NCBI GenBank assembly: GCA_012799605.1
Contig: JAAZKX010000003.1
Location: 4,552 to 68,551, forward strand
Direction of reading: 5' to 3'
DNA from: Bacillota bacterium
GTDB lineage: Bacteria; Bacillota; DTU030; DUMP01
DNA length: 64,000 nt
Part shown: piece by piece, positions 37,226 through 46,818 of the stretch
How the letters are laid out: every line of letters begins with the position of its first letter
Position numbering within the stretch: the stretch's first letter is position 1
The notes under the pieces: model-generated
Seen by the model: only the letters and a program-made list of their open reading frames with translations
What the model was told of the DNA's origin: nothing
Database searches by the model: none
Program-made: the position numbers and the translations under genes

Positions 37226-38026
37226 CTATTTTAAAAACTGCAGCGGGTCACGAGCCTGTCCGTCGATCTGCACTTCAAAATGTAAGTGCGGGCCAGTAGA
37301 GTTTCCGGTGGTACCTACTCGAGCAATCGCTTGCCCAGCCCGGACCTGGTCCCCTTTTTTTACCAATAGACTGGAGCAATGAGCGTAGAGCGTCCGGAGA
37401 CCGTGGCCATGATCGATGGTAATGCGGCGGCCATAACCACCGCTCCAATCCGCATTTACTACCCGCCCTGAAGCTGCAGCTATAATTGTGCGGCCAGCAG
37501 GAACAGCAATGTCTATTCCCTGGTGCATTCGGCCATTGCGCCAGCCGAACGGCGAAGAAATAGATCCTTTGACCGGCCAGATCAGGGCTGCGCTCACACC
37601 CTGCCGTGAGGCCAACAGGCGATCCGGTCTGGGCAAATTGATGCTACCCCCAATAGGCAGGAAATAGGGATCAAGGCCCGGGTTAGCACTCTTTAGAGCT
37701 GCTAAGGTAACATTTTGCCGGCGGGAAATATCCCATAGAGTATCTCCGGGTCTGATGGTATAAATGCTATTTTTGCCGCCTGGTATCTGTAGGCGCTGGC
37801 CGGGGTAAATCAAGTTTGGGTTAGCCAAATTATTTGCTTGAGTCACAGCAGCTACGCTGCTACCTAGTTTTTGGGTTATGGCCGATAATGTATCCCCGGC
37901 TTGGACAACATATAAGCTAGCACCAGCTGCAGCTGTAAGCCCCGAAGCCCAGATAATAATCGCCGCTAAGGCCGCGGTAAATAGAGGCCACACGGGTGTT
38001 TTTCGTATTTTTTCCAACATCCTCAC
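37226..38026 (-). CDS. LysM-domain M23 metalloendopeptidase
   Basis: 266 aa with a signal/TM segment and two LysM repeats (YVVQAGDTLSAI, YTIRPGDTLWDIS). Intact M23 motifs HQGIDI, YAHC and GPHLHFEV. Confidence 0.85.
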   Translation of the reverse strand: MRMLEKIRKTPVWPLFTAALAAIIIWASGLTAAAGASLYVVQAGDTLSAITQKLGSSVAAVTQANNLANPNLIYPGQRLQIPGGKNSIYTIRPGDTLWDISRRQNVTLAALKSANPGLDPYFLPIGGSINLPRPDRLLASRQGVSAALIWPVKGSISSPFGWRNGRMHQGIDIAVPAGRTIIAAASGRVVNADWSGGYGRRITIDHGHGLRTLYAHCSSLLVKKGDQVRAGQAIARVGTTGNSTGPHLHFEVQIDGQARDPLQFLK

Positions 38027-38097
38027 CTCGAGCTTTAGGTTGTCGGGTCGCCCCTAGTTTGGTCTCAAGCTGAGGACTCTATCCTGGAAATATACGG

Positions 38098-38133
38098 AAA
38101 TAAAAAAGGGGGACCAGCACAATGCTGGGCCCC
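38098..38133 (-). terminator. Rho-independent terminator after glpX
   Basis: Stem GGGG(C)CCAGC / GCTGG(U)CCCC followed by UUUUUUAUUU on the minus strand. Confidence 0.7.
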
Positions 38134-38285
38134 TGCAAACAGGACACACCGAGGAGGATTTGTTCTTAACACTGGTTTAAATACTGTCCGCAAATTATTA
38201 TAGCATTGCCTTTTAAGCATTGTCAATGTAATATTTCAAAACGGTTACAAAAGTTGTCCTTCGTGGACCAGCCCCGGATAATCTT

Positions 38286-39245
38286 CTAGCAAGGTTTGCG
38301 CGACATATCGTGGATAGCTTTTATAAACCGGACGGTACCGGTAGTGGCGCGCATGACCAATGAACTTGTACGCACTTCATGACCGCGGTAACGGACTCCT
38401 TCCAGCAAGTCGCCATCGGTTATACCGGTAACAGCACACATTACTTCCTCACCACAAACCAAGTCCTCCATCTGCAATAGCTTGTCTACTTCGACAATTC
38501 CCATCCGTTGGCAGCGTTCTAATTCAGCCAGACTCATCGGTTTTAACCGGGCCTGCATCTCTCCGCCCAGGCACTTGAGCGCTGCCGCCGATAACACGCC
38601 CTCCGGGGCGCCCCCAATACCCCAAACCATATCGGGAGCCTCTTCATTAATACCGGCAGCAATAGCAGGGGCAACATCGCCATCTGAAATAAGCTGTAGC
38701 CTAGCCCCTGCAGCTTTAATCTCGGCGATCAGATCAGCGTTGCGCGGCCGGTCCAAGACCACTACAACTAAATCGCTAATATTCTTGCCCGTGCCTTTGG
38801 CTACAGCCGCCAAATTATCAATCACCGGAGCATCCAAATCGATTTTACCCTTAGCCCATTTGCCCACGGCGATCTTTTCCATATATACATCCGGCGCATG
38901 CAAAAAACAATCCTCTTCGGCTACTGCTACTACTGCGATAGCATTGGGTAATCCTTTAGCTAAAATATTGGTACCTTCCAACGGGTCTACCGCTACATCC
39001 ACTTTGGGCGGATGGCCGTTGCCGACCCGCTCACCGATATATAGCATCGGTGCCTCGTCCAATTCCCCCTCGCCGATAACCACTGTCCCATCGACATTGA
39101 TGGTATCAAATACGGTCCTCATGGCCGTGACTGCAGCTTGATCAGCGGCTTTTCTTTCTCCTCGACCCATCCAACGCCCGCACGCAATAGCGGCGGCTTC
39201 GGTAACCCGTACCAACTCCAGCGCCAGCTCACGATCCAAAGCCAT
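38286..39245 (-). CDS. glpX: Class II fructose-1,6-bisphosphatase GlpX
   Basis: Start at ATG 39245 with GGAGGGG RBS. Blocks LELVRVTEAAAIA, AVDPLEGT and GGAPEGVLSAAALKCLGG. Confidence 0.9.
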   Translation of the reverse strand: MALDRELALELVRVTEAAAIACGRWMGRGERKAADQAAVTAMRTVFDTINVDGTVVIGEGELDEAPMLYIGERVGNGHPPKVDVAVDPLEGTNILAKGLPNAIAVVAVAEEDCFLHAPDVYMEKIAVGKWAKGKIDLDAPVIDNLAAVAKGTGKNISDLVVVVLDRPRNADLIAEIKAAGARLQLISDGDVAPAIAAGINEEAPDMVWGIGGAPEGVLSAAALKCLGGEMQARLKPMSLAELERCQRMGIVEVDKLLQMEDLVCGEEVMCAVTGITDGDLLEGVRYRGHEVRTSSLVMRATTGTVRFIKAIHDMSRKPC

Positions 39246-39291
39246 TGTCCATTCCCCTCCCCCAGTTGCTCCCCCCATCTGCTCGGCCAAG

Positions 39292-40164
39292 CTACTTCTT
39301 TGCTTCGGACGGCAATTTTCCAGCCGAACCGAACAGTATCATTTTTTCTTCTACCGCCCGTTGTAGCGCTTCACGGGCGGGGCCGAGAATTTTGCGTGGA
39401 TCGTATTCATCCGGCTCAGAAGCTAGTATTTGGCGCATCCTGGCCGTGAAAGTTTGTCTTAGTTCGGTATCAATATTTATTTTGCTCACTCCACGTTCGA
39501 CTGCTGCTCGAATAGTCTCAGCCGGCACGCCGGAAGCACCGTGGAGCACAATAGGAATATTGATCGAGCTTTTAATGGCCTCTAAGCGCCTAAGATCGAG
39601 TTTGGGTTCACCTCGGTAAGGACCGTGCGCTGTACCGATAGCAACCGCCAGCGCATCAATGCCTGTTTCTCGAACAAATATAGACGCTTCTTCCGGATCA
39701 GTCAGGAACGCCTCGCGCTCGCTGACGTCAATTTGTTCTTCAGTACCAGCGATTCTCCCCAGTTCAGCCTCCACTGACACTCCTACCGCCCGGGCTACGG
39801 CCACCACTTCTTTAGTACGTCGGATGTTTTCCTTCAACGGATAAGCCGAAGCATCGATCATAACCGAGCTAAAACCGGCTCGAATGCAGCGCATTACTTG
39901 GTCAAAGTCAGTACCGTGATCTAAGTGCAAGCAGACCGGGATACTGCTTTTTTGCGCCGCAGCCCTTACCATAGCTGTAACCTGTTCTAACCCAGCATAT
40001 TTCAAGGCCCCTTGGCTAGCCTGAATAATGACCGGGCTGTTTTGGTTGATAGCCGCTCCAATAATGGCTTGTACAATTTCCATGTTGTTGGCATTAAAGG
40101 CTCCTACTGCATAATGGCCTTTTTCAGCTGGCGTTAATATTTCCGTTAACGTCACCAAACTCAT
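39292..40164 (-). CDS. fba: Class II fructose-bisphosphate aldolase
   Basis: 290 aa. YAVGAFNANNME, HLDHG and HGASG motifs. Located directly upstream of glpX. Confidence 0.9.
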   Translation of the reverse strand: MSLVTLTEILTPAEKGHYAVGAFNANNMEIVQAIIGAAINQNSPVIIQASQGALKYAGLEQVTAMVRAAAQKSSIPVCLHLDHGTDFDQVMRCIRAGFSSVMIDASAYPLKENIRRTKEVVAVARAVGVSVEAELGRIAGTEEQIDVSEREAFLTDPEEASIFVRETGIDALAVAIGTAHGPYRGEPKLDLRRLEAIKSSINIPIVLHGASGVPAETIRAAVERGVSKINIDTELRQTFTARMRQILASEPDEYDPRKILGPAREALQRAVEEKMILFGSAGKLPSEAKK

Positions 40165-40195
40165 ATTAGCAACCTCCTTGTTTTGCTAAATTCAA

Positions 40196-40786
40196 TTACA
40201 GCAGCAGCGGTACCAGTATGGGCACCATAAATGTTAGGACAAGACCGCTGGTAAATGCTATCAAGCCGATTTCTTCACCGGCTAGCTCTACAATAAGCGG
40301 CAGGCAAACATCCATAGCTGTAGCTCCTGCCGGGGCTACAGCAGCAAAATCACCCCAAAACCGATGCACCCAGGGCAAGATCAAAATAGCCAAAACCTCT
40401 CGCATGACATTGGCTAGAAATGATAGTGTACCCAGCTCAGTGGAATGAAGGTTGGCTATCATAATCCCGGACAGGCTATACCAACCAAAGCCAGCACCTA
40501 CTGCTGCTCCTTCGTTCCAGGTTTGGCCCAAGGCCAAACCCACAATACTAGCAGCTGCCATACTTCCCAACGCCACCCCTACAGGCAAAAAAAGTATTTT
40601 CCCCCTCAATGTCAGTAAAGATTTCATTACTTGCCGATCTAGCCCCAGTTCTACTCCCACTGCAAACAACAACAGTCCTAAGGTCAAAGAGATTAGGGTA
40701 TCGATCCGGGCCAGCACAAAGCCTGGCAACAGCCCGGCATAACCGATCATAACTCCTACAGCCAAGGCCCCTATCATTGCTACCAC
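40196..40786 (-). CDS. LysO/DUF340-family membrane protein, large subunit of a split pair
   Basis: 196 aa, about 6 TM segments, glycine-rich helices. Abuts the 108-aa DUF340-like gene with no intergenic gap. The family call is from overall pattern only. Confidence 0.6.
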   Translation of the reverse strand: MVAMIGALAVGVMIGYAGLLPGFVLARIDTLISLTLGLLLFAVGVELGLDRQVMKSLLTLRGKILFLPVGVALGSMAAASIVGLALGQTWNEGAAVGAGFGWYSLSGIMIANLHSTELGTLSFLANVMREVLAILILPWVHRFWGDFAAVAPAGATAMDVCLPLIVELAGEEIGLIAFTSGLVLTFMVPILVPLLL

Positions 40787-41113
40787 TTAAGCTTCCTCTC
40801 TTTCTGCCTCACCTTTTTGTCTCCGTTTCTCCACTAGTTGCCACAACCAAACTAATAAAATACTGCCTGCGATGGTAGCGACAGCATAGGCCAGGGCCTG
40901 AAGTCCCATAACTGCCAAGCTGCCCATAATTTCCTCGTCAAAGCCAATTTTGGCTCCCATAAGAAACAATAACAATATAACCCCAGCCGATGCCAACGGC
41001 CCTGCTAAACGCGCTTTGGAACCGAGCAGGCCTAAGTAGCCCACTATAGCTCCAGCGGCCAAAGATAATATCACTGTTAGCACATACGTCCCTACTTCCT
41101 CATATTTCCTCAC
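40787..41113 (-). CDS. LysO/DUF340-family membrane protein, small subunit of a split pair
   Basis: 108 aa, 3 TM segments, charged C-terminal tail. Start ambiguous (GTG 41113 or the downstream in-frame GTG). Confidence 0.55.
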   Translation of the reverse strand: MRKYEEVGTYVLTVILSLAAGAIVGYLGLLGSKARLAGPLASAGVILLLFLMGAKIGFDEEIMGSLAVMGLQALAYAVATIAGSILLVWLWQLVEKRRQKGEAEREEA

Positions 41114-41133
41114 TCAAGTTTACCTAAATAAAT

Positions 41134-41188
41134 GGTCTCAATAAAGGGCCGCCGGTAGTCCGGCGGCCACCGCTGGGCGGCTGAGACC
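41134..41188 (-). other. Nested hairpin between the SLH gene and the split lysO pair (terminator or attenuator)
   Basis: Inner 9-bp stem GGCCGCCGG/CCGGCGGCC (41147-41168) with a tetraloop. It is enclosed by the outer pair GGTCTCA (41134-41140) / TGAGACC (41182-41188). The minus-strand tail is CUUUAUUGAGACCAUUUAUUU. Confidence 0.45.
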
Positions 41189-41266
41189 AACTATCTTCAA
41201 AGGCAGTCGGTTCTACCGTTCCCCATAATTCTGCCCCAGCGCGGGTGTACGCTATACCTGGCAGGG

Positions 41267-44200
41267 TTAAAATTCGTATGCTTGACTGCATTCCCCGCGG
41301 TTACCGGCCGGGTCGGTTACGAGCAGGCGAATAGTATGGCGGCCTTGCAACCAGCCTAAACTGAGCGGCCCAAAACCTCCATCCGGCTCAGCCTGACCTA
41401 CAACCGTCAGACGATCATCGATATAAACCCGGAGAAAGGACTCTGGTTTCACTGCCCCGGGTCGTCCGACAAGAGTTATTTCAGCCTCATTTTTAAGCAG
41501 CTGAACTGGCAGGCCTTCTTGGTTGATCAAATAGGGCAACATTACAACCGGAGGTACCGTATCCACCCCATAAAAACGATAGCTATCCTCGGTAACCAAT
41601 CTATTACCATTAATATCTTTGACCTTGTCGACCGCCAGACAATAACGTTCTTCGCCCAGGGAGGCTGAGGCGGGCAACGTAAGCCACACCAGCAAACGAA
41701 CCGGATCGTACTCAGCCTTGACTGGACGCAAAACTGCCCCGGAGTCAGTTTCCACCCAAAAATTCCTTTCATCCGTAGCGCTATAAGTATCCAGCGGCGC
41801 GCTAAACTCAACCTTTATCCGTTGACTGGTAGCTGCAGCTACAGCAACTATCTTCGCTACCGAGGCGTCCGGGTCAAATTCAAATCTCACCCGCTGCCAA
41901 TCGAGTATCTGACCCCCACGGTCACGGGCCCAAATTTCCGGCCGAATAGTTTCGTTGGGGCGGAAACTTCGATCAGTGCGTACCAGCACCACTGAATCAT
42001 AGTACTCGTAGCGGCAAGTATAGCCGGGCAAGTCAACCCTTACTTCCTGCACCGGTCGGTTAAATACCAAGCGGATAGTACGATTATCGATTCCTTTTGC
42101 TTCCCGAAGCCGGAACCGATCCACGCTGCCATCTGTCAGCCGTACTGTAGTAGTAAAAGTAGTAAATCGTTGGCCCGCATGATCGGTTAAGTTGTTGCCA
42201 GCACTGAACAGATAGTTCTTGTCTTCTTCCAGCTTAAATCCTAGCCGTAGAATAATACGATTTGAATCATCGGTTCTGTCTATGCTCACTATGGGCACAA
42301 GCCGGTTGTTTTTTTCATCTAATAATCCATAATTGCTAATCGCTAACTTATCTCGGACGTCTTGGGCAAATTCTACCTGTAGTTGATAGGGGTCTATAGG
42401 CATTACAGATCGAATGAACTCACTTTCGTCAGTAAAAGCCCCTGGCACTAAATACCCTGCTTCGGGTATCAGTTTCGCGCCATCGGCACCCGTAAGACCG
42501 GAAATAAAATATCGATACGTACGCCCTTTTTCTAGCGGCTCTGCTAAGGTAAGGATCGCTTCGCAATTATCATCGCTCAGCTCTACAGCTTCAATGGCTA
42601 TTTCGCGGCTCAAATCGTCAGCCCAGGTAAGCCAGTAGTTATGAGTCCGCTTAGCCCTATTTACAGATAAAGCCTGGGAAAAAGTTACCGATAACTGATC
42701 ATAGCGGCCATTAGCCAACTGTACTTTTTCGACTTGCGGCGGGAACTCAGCCTGCTTCCCGCTGTAAACTGCACTGGTAAAGGCATAATACAAGCGTTGG
42801 CTGGGCGCTTTGTTGCCATTTGCGTCTACAGTCCCGGCTAGCTCAAGACAGTACATATCATCATAATCCAAATAAGTGTTAATAAGTACCCGCCCCGGGG
42901 TCGCCTGTTCCATTCGGCGTATATCGATCTTCCGGCCCCGTCGCTTGAGCGAAACATCCCCTATCGAAAGAAGCGGCTTATTAAACAAAACTTCGAGGAT
43001 CGTATCGGATAAGGCGGTTAGACCAATAACCTGGGCTGGCTTTGTATCCCGGGCGGCCGTAACGGTATGGCTTGTGGGCGCGGACTGGTTACCCCAGCGG
43101 TCAGCCACCGATTCCAGCTCTAATGTATATACACCATCGGGGGAAAATTGTCGGGAAAAGATAAGTATGACCTGCTGCCCGGCCACCAGTATATGCTGGG
43201 GCCGCTCCCCGGTTTCCCGCAGGTAATAATTGCTTGTTTCAGCCGCCTGTTGTGGATCGAGCTCCTTGTTAAAGGTTAGCCTCAAGCTGTTCGGGCCGGT
43301 ACAAGTTACCCCAGTCAAGCGGGGAGCTCGTTGATCCTCTTGCACAGTGAAACTAAAATTGACCGCTTCCGCTGGCAGCAGGGCCCCGGCATCTGTTTGC
43401 AGGTCGTGAGCCCTGAGGGTATAACGTTCACCAACTTTTAGCTCCGGCACCGTCAATACTACCTCCCGCTTAGACAGCGGCACAACTTCGGTTATGATCC
43501 CCGGGCTAAACACAGTGCCGGCATAAGTTAGGGCGAAATTCCCCAGTGGACCTGCACTGATAGATTCCGGATTTAGATCCTGATCAAAGACAGCTTTAAG
43601 CCGCGTTGGGCCCAGGACCGTTATAGCCTCACTTTCTATTGGCGGAGATACTCCGGTAGAAATACCAGCGGTGAAATAAACCGATAAGGTATGAGACCGT
43701 CCAGCAGCAGGCAGGTCTAAAATCGTCAGCAGATAACGGGTTCCCTGAATTAACGATCCTGTAGTCAAGGTGACACTGCAGCCGTCATTAGATACCTGTG
43801 CCGCTGTTATGGGAACTTGTACTTGAAACCCCGTGGCCGGGACAATCTGGTAGCTGGTTGACCGTGCAGCCTTTTCTTTGTCCACCGGCCGGTCAAAGGT
43901 AATAACAAGCTGATTTAAACCAACTGACTCGGCCGTAGCCCCGAGCGTATCTGCCGGCGGCTCGAAAGGCTGGTCATTGCTACCTAATTGCTGCCAAAGC
44001 TTCCAAATCACGGCCGCTGCTTGGTCTCGTGTGGCTACATCGGCAGGTAGAAGAAAACCTTGGTCAGTACCGGAAATAAGGCCCGAAGCCACTGCCCGGG
44101 CCAAATCAGCTTCGGCCCAGCTAGAAATCCTGTCTCTATCTTTAAAACGGCTTAAAAAACTTATGTCGGCCTTAGCATCATCTTTAAGCACCCTGACCAC

Positions 44201-44599
44201 CAAGGAAGCCATCTGTTCACGTGTCAACCCTTCATAGGGCCTAAACTTGCCGCTGGGATCTCCTTTGACCACCCCATGGCCGGCCGCTGTTTCCACGTAT
44301 TCATAAAACCAATGTTCCTGCTGGACGTCGGAAAAAGCCGCTGGATAAGAAACCATCTGTGGCAATCCCGAAGCAATTACCAGCATTTTGATAAAATCGG
44401 CTCTGGTTATCGGATCCCGGGGTCGATAATTTTCAGCTGAGCTAATAATACCAGCAGTCGCCAGATCTTTTACCTTGGCCTCGGCCCAATGGCCGCGAAG
44501 ATCGGTAAACAGGCCCGCGGCCAGGACCGGGCAAGCTATTTTTAGTAACAACAACGGGATCAGAAACAGCGCGACCTTACGCCAGCTGTGAGCAGCCAT
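41267..44599 (-). CDS. S-layer-type protein: signal peptide, three SLH domains, about ten Ig-like repeat modules
   Basis: Start moved to the second ATG (44599), 6 nt after GGGGAGG. SLH repeats begin FTDLRGHWAEAKV, FSDVQQEHWFYEYV and FKDRDRISSWAEADL. A recurring module has the signature F(x)LD...NY.L. Confidence 0.85.
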   Translation of the reverse strand: MAAHSWRKVALFLIPLLLLKIACPVLAAGLFTDLRGHWAEAKVKDLATAGIISSAENYRPRDPITRADFIKMLVIASGLPQMVSYPAAFSDVQQEHWFYEYVETAAGHGVVKGDPSGKFRPYEGLTREQMASLVVRVLKDDAKADISFLSRFKDRDRISSWAEADLARAVASGLISGTDQGFLLPADVATRDQAAAVIWKLWQQLGSNDQPFEPPADTLGATAESVGLNQLVITFDRPVDKEKAARSTSYQIVPATGFQVQVPITAAQVSNDGCSVTLTTGSLIQGTRYLLTILDLPAAGRSHTLSVYFTAGISTGVSPPIESEAITVLGPTRLKAVFDQDLNPESISAGPLGNFALTYAGTVFSPGIITEVVPLSKREVVLTVPELKVGERYTLRAHDLQTDAGALLPAEAVNFSFTVQEDQRAPRLTGVTCTGPNSLRLTFNKELDPQQAAETSNYYLRETGERPQHILVAGQQVILIFSRQFSPDGVYTLELESVADRWGNQSAPTSHTVTAARDTKPAQVIGLTALSDTILEVLFNKPLLSIGDVSLKRRGRKIDIRRMEQATPGRVLINTYLDYDDMYCLELAGTVDANGNKAPSQRLYYAFTSAVYSGKQAEFPPQVEKVQLANGRYDQLSVTFSQALSVNRAKRTHNYWLTWADDLSREIAIEAVELSDDNCEAILTLAEPLEKGRTYRYFISGLTGADGAKLIPEAGYLVPGAFTDESEFIRSVMPIDPYQLQVEFAQDVRDKLAISNYGLLDEKNNRLVPIVSIDRTDDSNRIILRLGFKLEEDKNYLFSAGNNLTDHAGQRFTTFTTTVRLTDGSVDRFRLREAKGIDNRTIRLVFNRPVQEVRVDLPGYTCRYEYYDSVVLVRTDRSFRPNETIRPEIWARDRGGQILDWQRVRFEFDPDASVAKIVAVAAATSQRIKVEFSAPLDTYSATDERNFWVETDSGAVLRPVKAEYDPVRLLVWLTLPASASLGEERYCLAVDKVKDINGNRLVTEDSYRFYGVDTVPPVVMLPYLINQEGLPVQLLKNEAEITLVGRPGAVKPESFLRVYIDDRLTVVGQAEPDGGFGPLSLGWLQGRHTIRLLVTDPAGNRGECSQAYEF

Positions 44600-44651
44600 A
44601 AACATCCTCCCCTGACAGCCTACTAATATGTTAGTACTATTATTCGCCTCC

Positions 44652-44686
44652 GGAAAAAGGAAATCCTCCCAAAATAGGGGGATTTC
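44652..44686 (-). terminator. Rho-independent terminator between the small TAG-interrupted ORF and the SLH gene
   Basis: Stem GAAAUCC-CCC / GGG-(A)-GGAUUUC followed by CUUUUUCC on the minus strand. Confidence 0.6.
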
Positions 44687-44747
44687 GACCGACCTGCCCT
44701 TAATTTACGAAGGTAAACCAAAAAACAATCCTCGGGCACGATAAAAC

Positions 44748-45257
44748 TCATTCTTCATTATCAGGTGCTGATTCTACCTCAGTAGACAACATCTGGTCGC
44801 CTTTTATTATAAGCCTCACTTTGGATCCAATTTCGAGAGCATCCAAAGCAGTCAACTTGCCGGCTATAGCACTAAACAGGTGTTGTAAGTTCGCTTGGGC
44901 CCTGATTCCAGCAGCAACATTGACTTCGCCCTGCTATCTAGCATCTATTTTTACCGTCTGGCCTGGCTTTAAATCACTGCTAAAGGCTTCCTGCCCGTCT
45001 AAACTGATGAAAGTGCGGTCATTTATTTCAAAGGTAAGTTCAGACCCGTTGTCAGCCAGCACTTTCATCGATGGCCTCCGGCCCAAGGACAGCCCAGCGA
45101 TGATCCCGGTAACTTTAAGATCTGTATCCGGTAGTGTTTCAGCACCCTGCATTATCCGATCCAGGGTAGACCTGACAGAATTTAACCGGACTAAGCAGTC
45201 GGCAGCCACCTGATAGGTTTGATTCCCATGGGCGGTTTCAATGGTGATGTTTACCAA
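44748..45257 (-). pseudogene. 170-codon reading frame interrupted by one in-frame TAG (44934-44936); hypothetical protein
   Basis: The 107-aa ORF ends ...KIDAR-TAG. The same frame then continues open for 61 more codons with protein-like composition (QGEVNVAAGIRAQANLQHLFSAIAGKLTALDALEIGSKVRLIIKGDQMLSTEVESAPDNEE) to TGA at 44748-44750. Confidence 0.4.
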
Positions 45258-45294
45258 TCCTGCAGTGGTTACCGCAGGAGCCGGCCTCCCCCAT

Positions 45295-46695
45295 TTAGGC
45301 TGCTTTCCTGCTAGCCCCAGCTAGTTCCTGTTTAAGGATTTCAATCGCTTTTTCCAATTGTATATCCCGCTCATTAAGCAGCTCCAGACGTTCATTGATT
45401 GCCTTTAAAGTGTGTTCATCCACCACACCGGTACTATCTAGACCCAGTTGTGCCTGCAGCTCCTTTACCGCAGCCACTGTTTCGCCGGTAAAAATACCAT
45501 CGATCTCGGGAATATTATACTCCAGCAGGCGCAAGCGCTGCTGCAGCTCAGCCACGTCTATCCCGCCTGTTTCCGGAATCAAAGTTCGATCCAACTGAAG
45601 CGGCGGATAAACCGGCTGTTTAGGCGTCGGTACTACGACATCGGGCATAATTCCAGCTTGGTCTATGCTGCGCCCGTTCGGGGTTAAATAACGGCCGATA
45701 GTAATTTTAAGGGCTCCGCCACCCTTCAAAGTTATCACATCCTGTACTGTGGCTTTGCCAAAAGTTTTATCGCCTACCACTATACCAGCCTCGCGATCTT
45801 GCACCGCACCAGCTACAATTTCAGAAGCACTGGCGCTCCCTCCGTCCACCAACACCACCAAAGGCCATCTTACAGCCTTAAGGTTGGAGTTTAAGACCCG
45901 CTTTTGGTCCCGCCCCCGCTCCTTTACGTATACCACCGGGCCAGCCGGGACAAACTCCCCCGCCACTTCCAGCGCTTGGCTAAGAAGTCCACCGGGGTTT
46001 GCCCGCAGGTCTAAAATAATTCCCCTCACATCTTGATCGCTAAACGTAGCCAGAGCCTCGCGCAGACGAGCCCCAGCATGTTCATTGAAACTGGTCAGCC
46101 TGATGTAGCCCAGGTTGTCAGCCAATATCTGAGTCTCGACCGGATTAACTTCAATGATTTCACGGGTAACGGTAAACAACAGCTTCTCATCATCGCGTTC
46201 GACTTCCAACTCCACCGTAGTTCCCGGTTCCCCCAGAATTAATCGGCTGGCAGCGTCAATATCCAAACCGCGGACGTCCCGGCCATTCACCTTAATAATT
46301 CGATCCTCGGGCTGGAGCCCGGCTTGTTCGCCCGGGGTACCTTTGATCGGAGCAACCACAGTCACATAGCCTTCTTTAGCCGTAATCACAATGCCTACCC
46401 CGCCAAACGTCCCGCTGGTGCTGGCTTTAAAGTCCTGATACTCGTCCGGGGTGAGATAGCTTGAATAAGGGTCATCTAAAGACTCTACCAGCCCTTTTAA
46501 TGCTCCTTCGATCAGCTGTTCGGTAAGTATCTCTTCTACATATGATTGCTGTACCTTATTTAAAACATCAAGAAACAAAGCCAAGTCTTCACCCGGCCCC
46601 GCAAAGGCACGGACCAAGGTAGGGACCTTAAAAGCCAAAGCCCCGCACAAAATGACTGCTACCAATAACAGGGCCCAGAGCCGCTTATTTCGCAT
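45295..46695 (-). CDS. S41 carboxy-terminal processing protease with PDZ and C-terminal peptidoglycan-binding domain
   Basis: Start at ATG 46695. PDZ block GLQPEDRIIKVNG, catalytic region GGSASASEIVAGA, C-terminal PG_binding_1-like LQQRLRLLEYNIPEIDGIFTGETVAAVKELQ. Confidence 0.9.
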   Translation of the reverse strand: MRNKRLWALLLVAVILCGALAFKVPTLVRAFAGPGEDLALFLDVLNKVQQSYVEEILTEQLIEGALKGLVESLDDPYSSYLTPDEYQDFKASTSGTFGGVGIVITAKEGYVTVVAPIKGTPGEQAGLQPEDRIIKVNGRDVRGLDIDAASRLILGEPGTTVELEVERDDEKLLFTVTREIIEVNPVETQILADNLGYIRLTSFNEHAGARLREALATFSDQDVRGIILDLRANPGGLLSQALEVAGEFVPAGPVVYVKERGRDQKRVLNSNLKAVRWPLVVLVDGGSASASEIVAGAVQDREAGIVVGDKTFGKATVQDVITLKGGGALKITIGRYLTPNGRSIDQAGIMPDVVVPTPKQPVYPPLQLDRTLIPETGGIDVAELQQRLRLLEYNIPEIDGIFTGETVAAVKELQAQLGLDSTGVVDEHTLKAINERLELLNERDIQLEKAIEILKQELAGASRKAA

Positions 46696-46818
46696 AATCA
46701 AATTCATCCTCACTTTTATTTAACCCTTGGGATTATTATATTCGCCGTCGGGCCGACAAAACCTGCCCGGTTAAAGAGCAGATCCGGTATATGCGGATGA
46801 GTGGCCGGTCAGCCGGGC

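Noticed and set aside
44934-44936. Pyrrolysine decoding of the in-frame TAG.
   Set aside because: TAG is used as an ordinary stop by several solid genes in this window (fbp 5324, the 470-aa ORF 8771, fabZ 10316, glyA 22422). The interrupted ORF is not a methylamine methyltransferase. A nonsense mutation or sequencing error is more parsimonious, and this cannot be excluded without the rest of the genome.
44821-45213. 130-aa plus-strand ORF.
   Set aside because: It is antisense to the more protein-like minus-strand frame. The translation is Ser/Pro/Cys-rich and there is no RBS.
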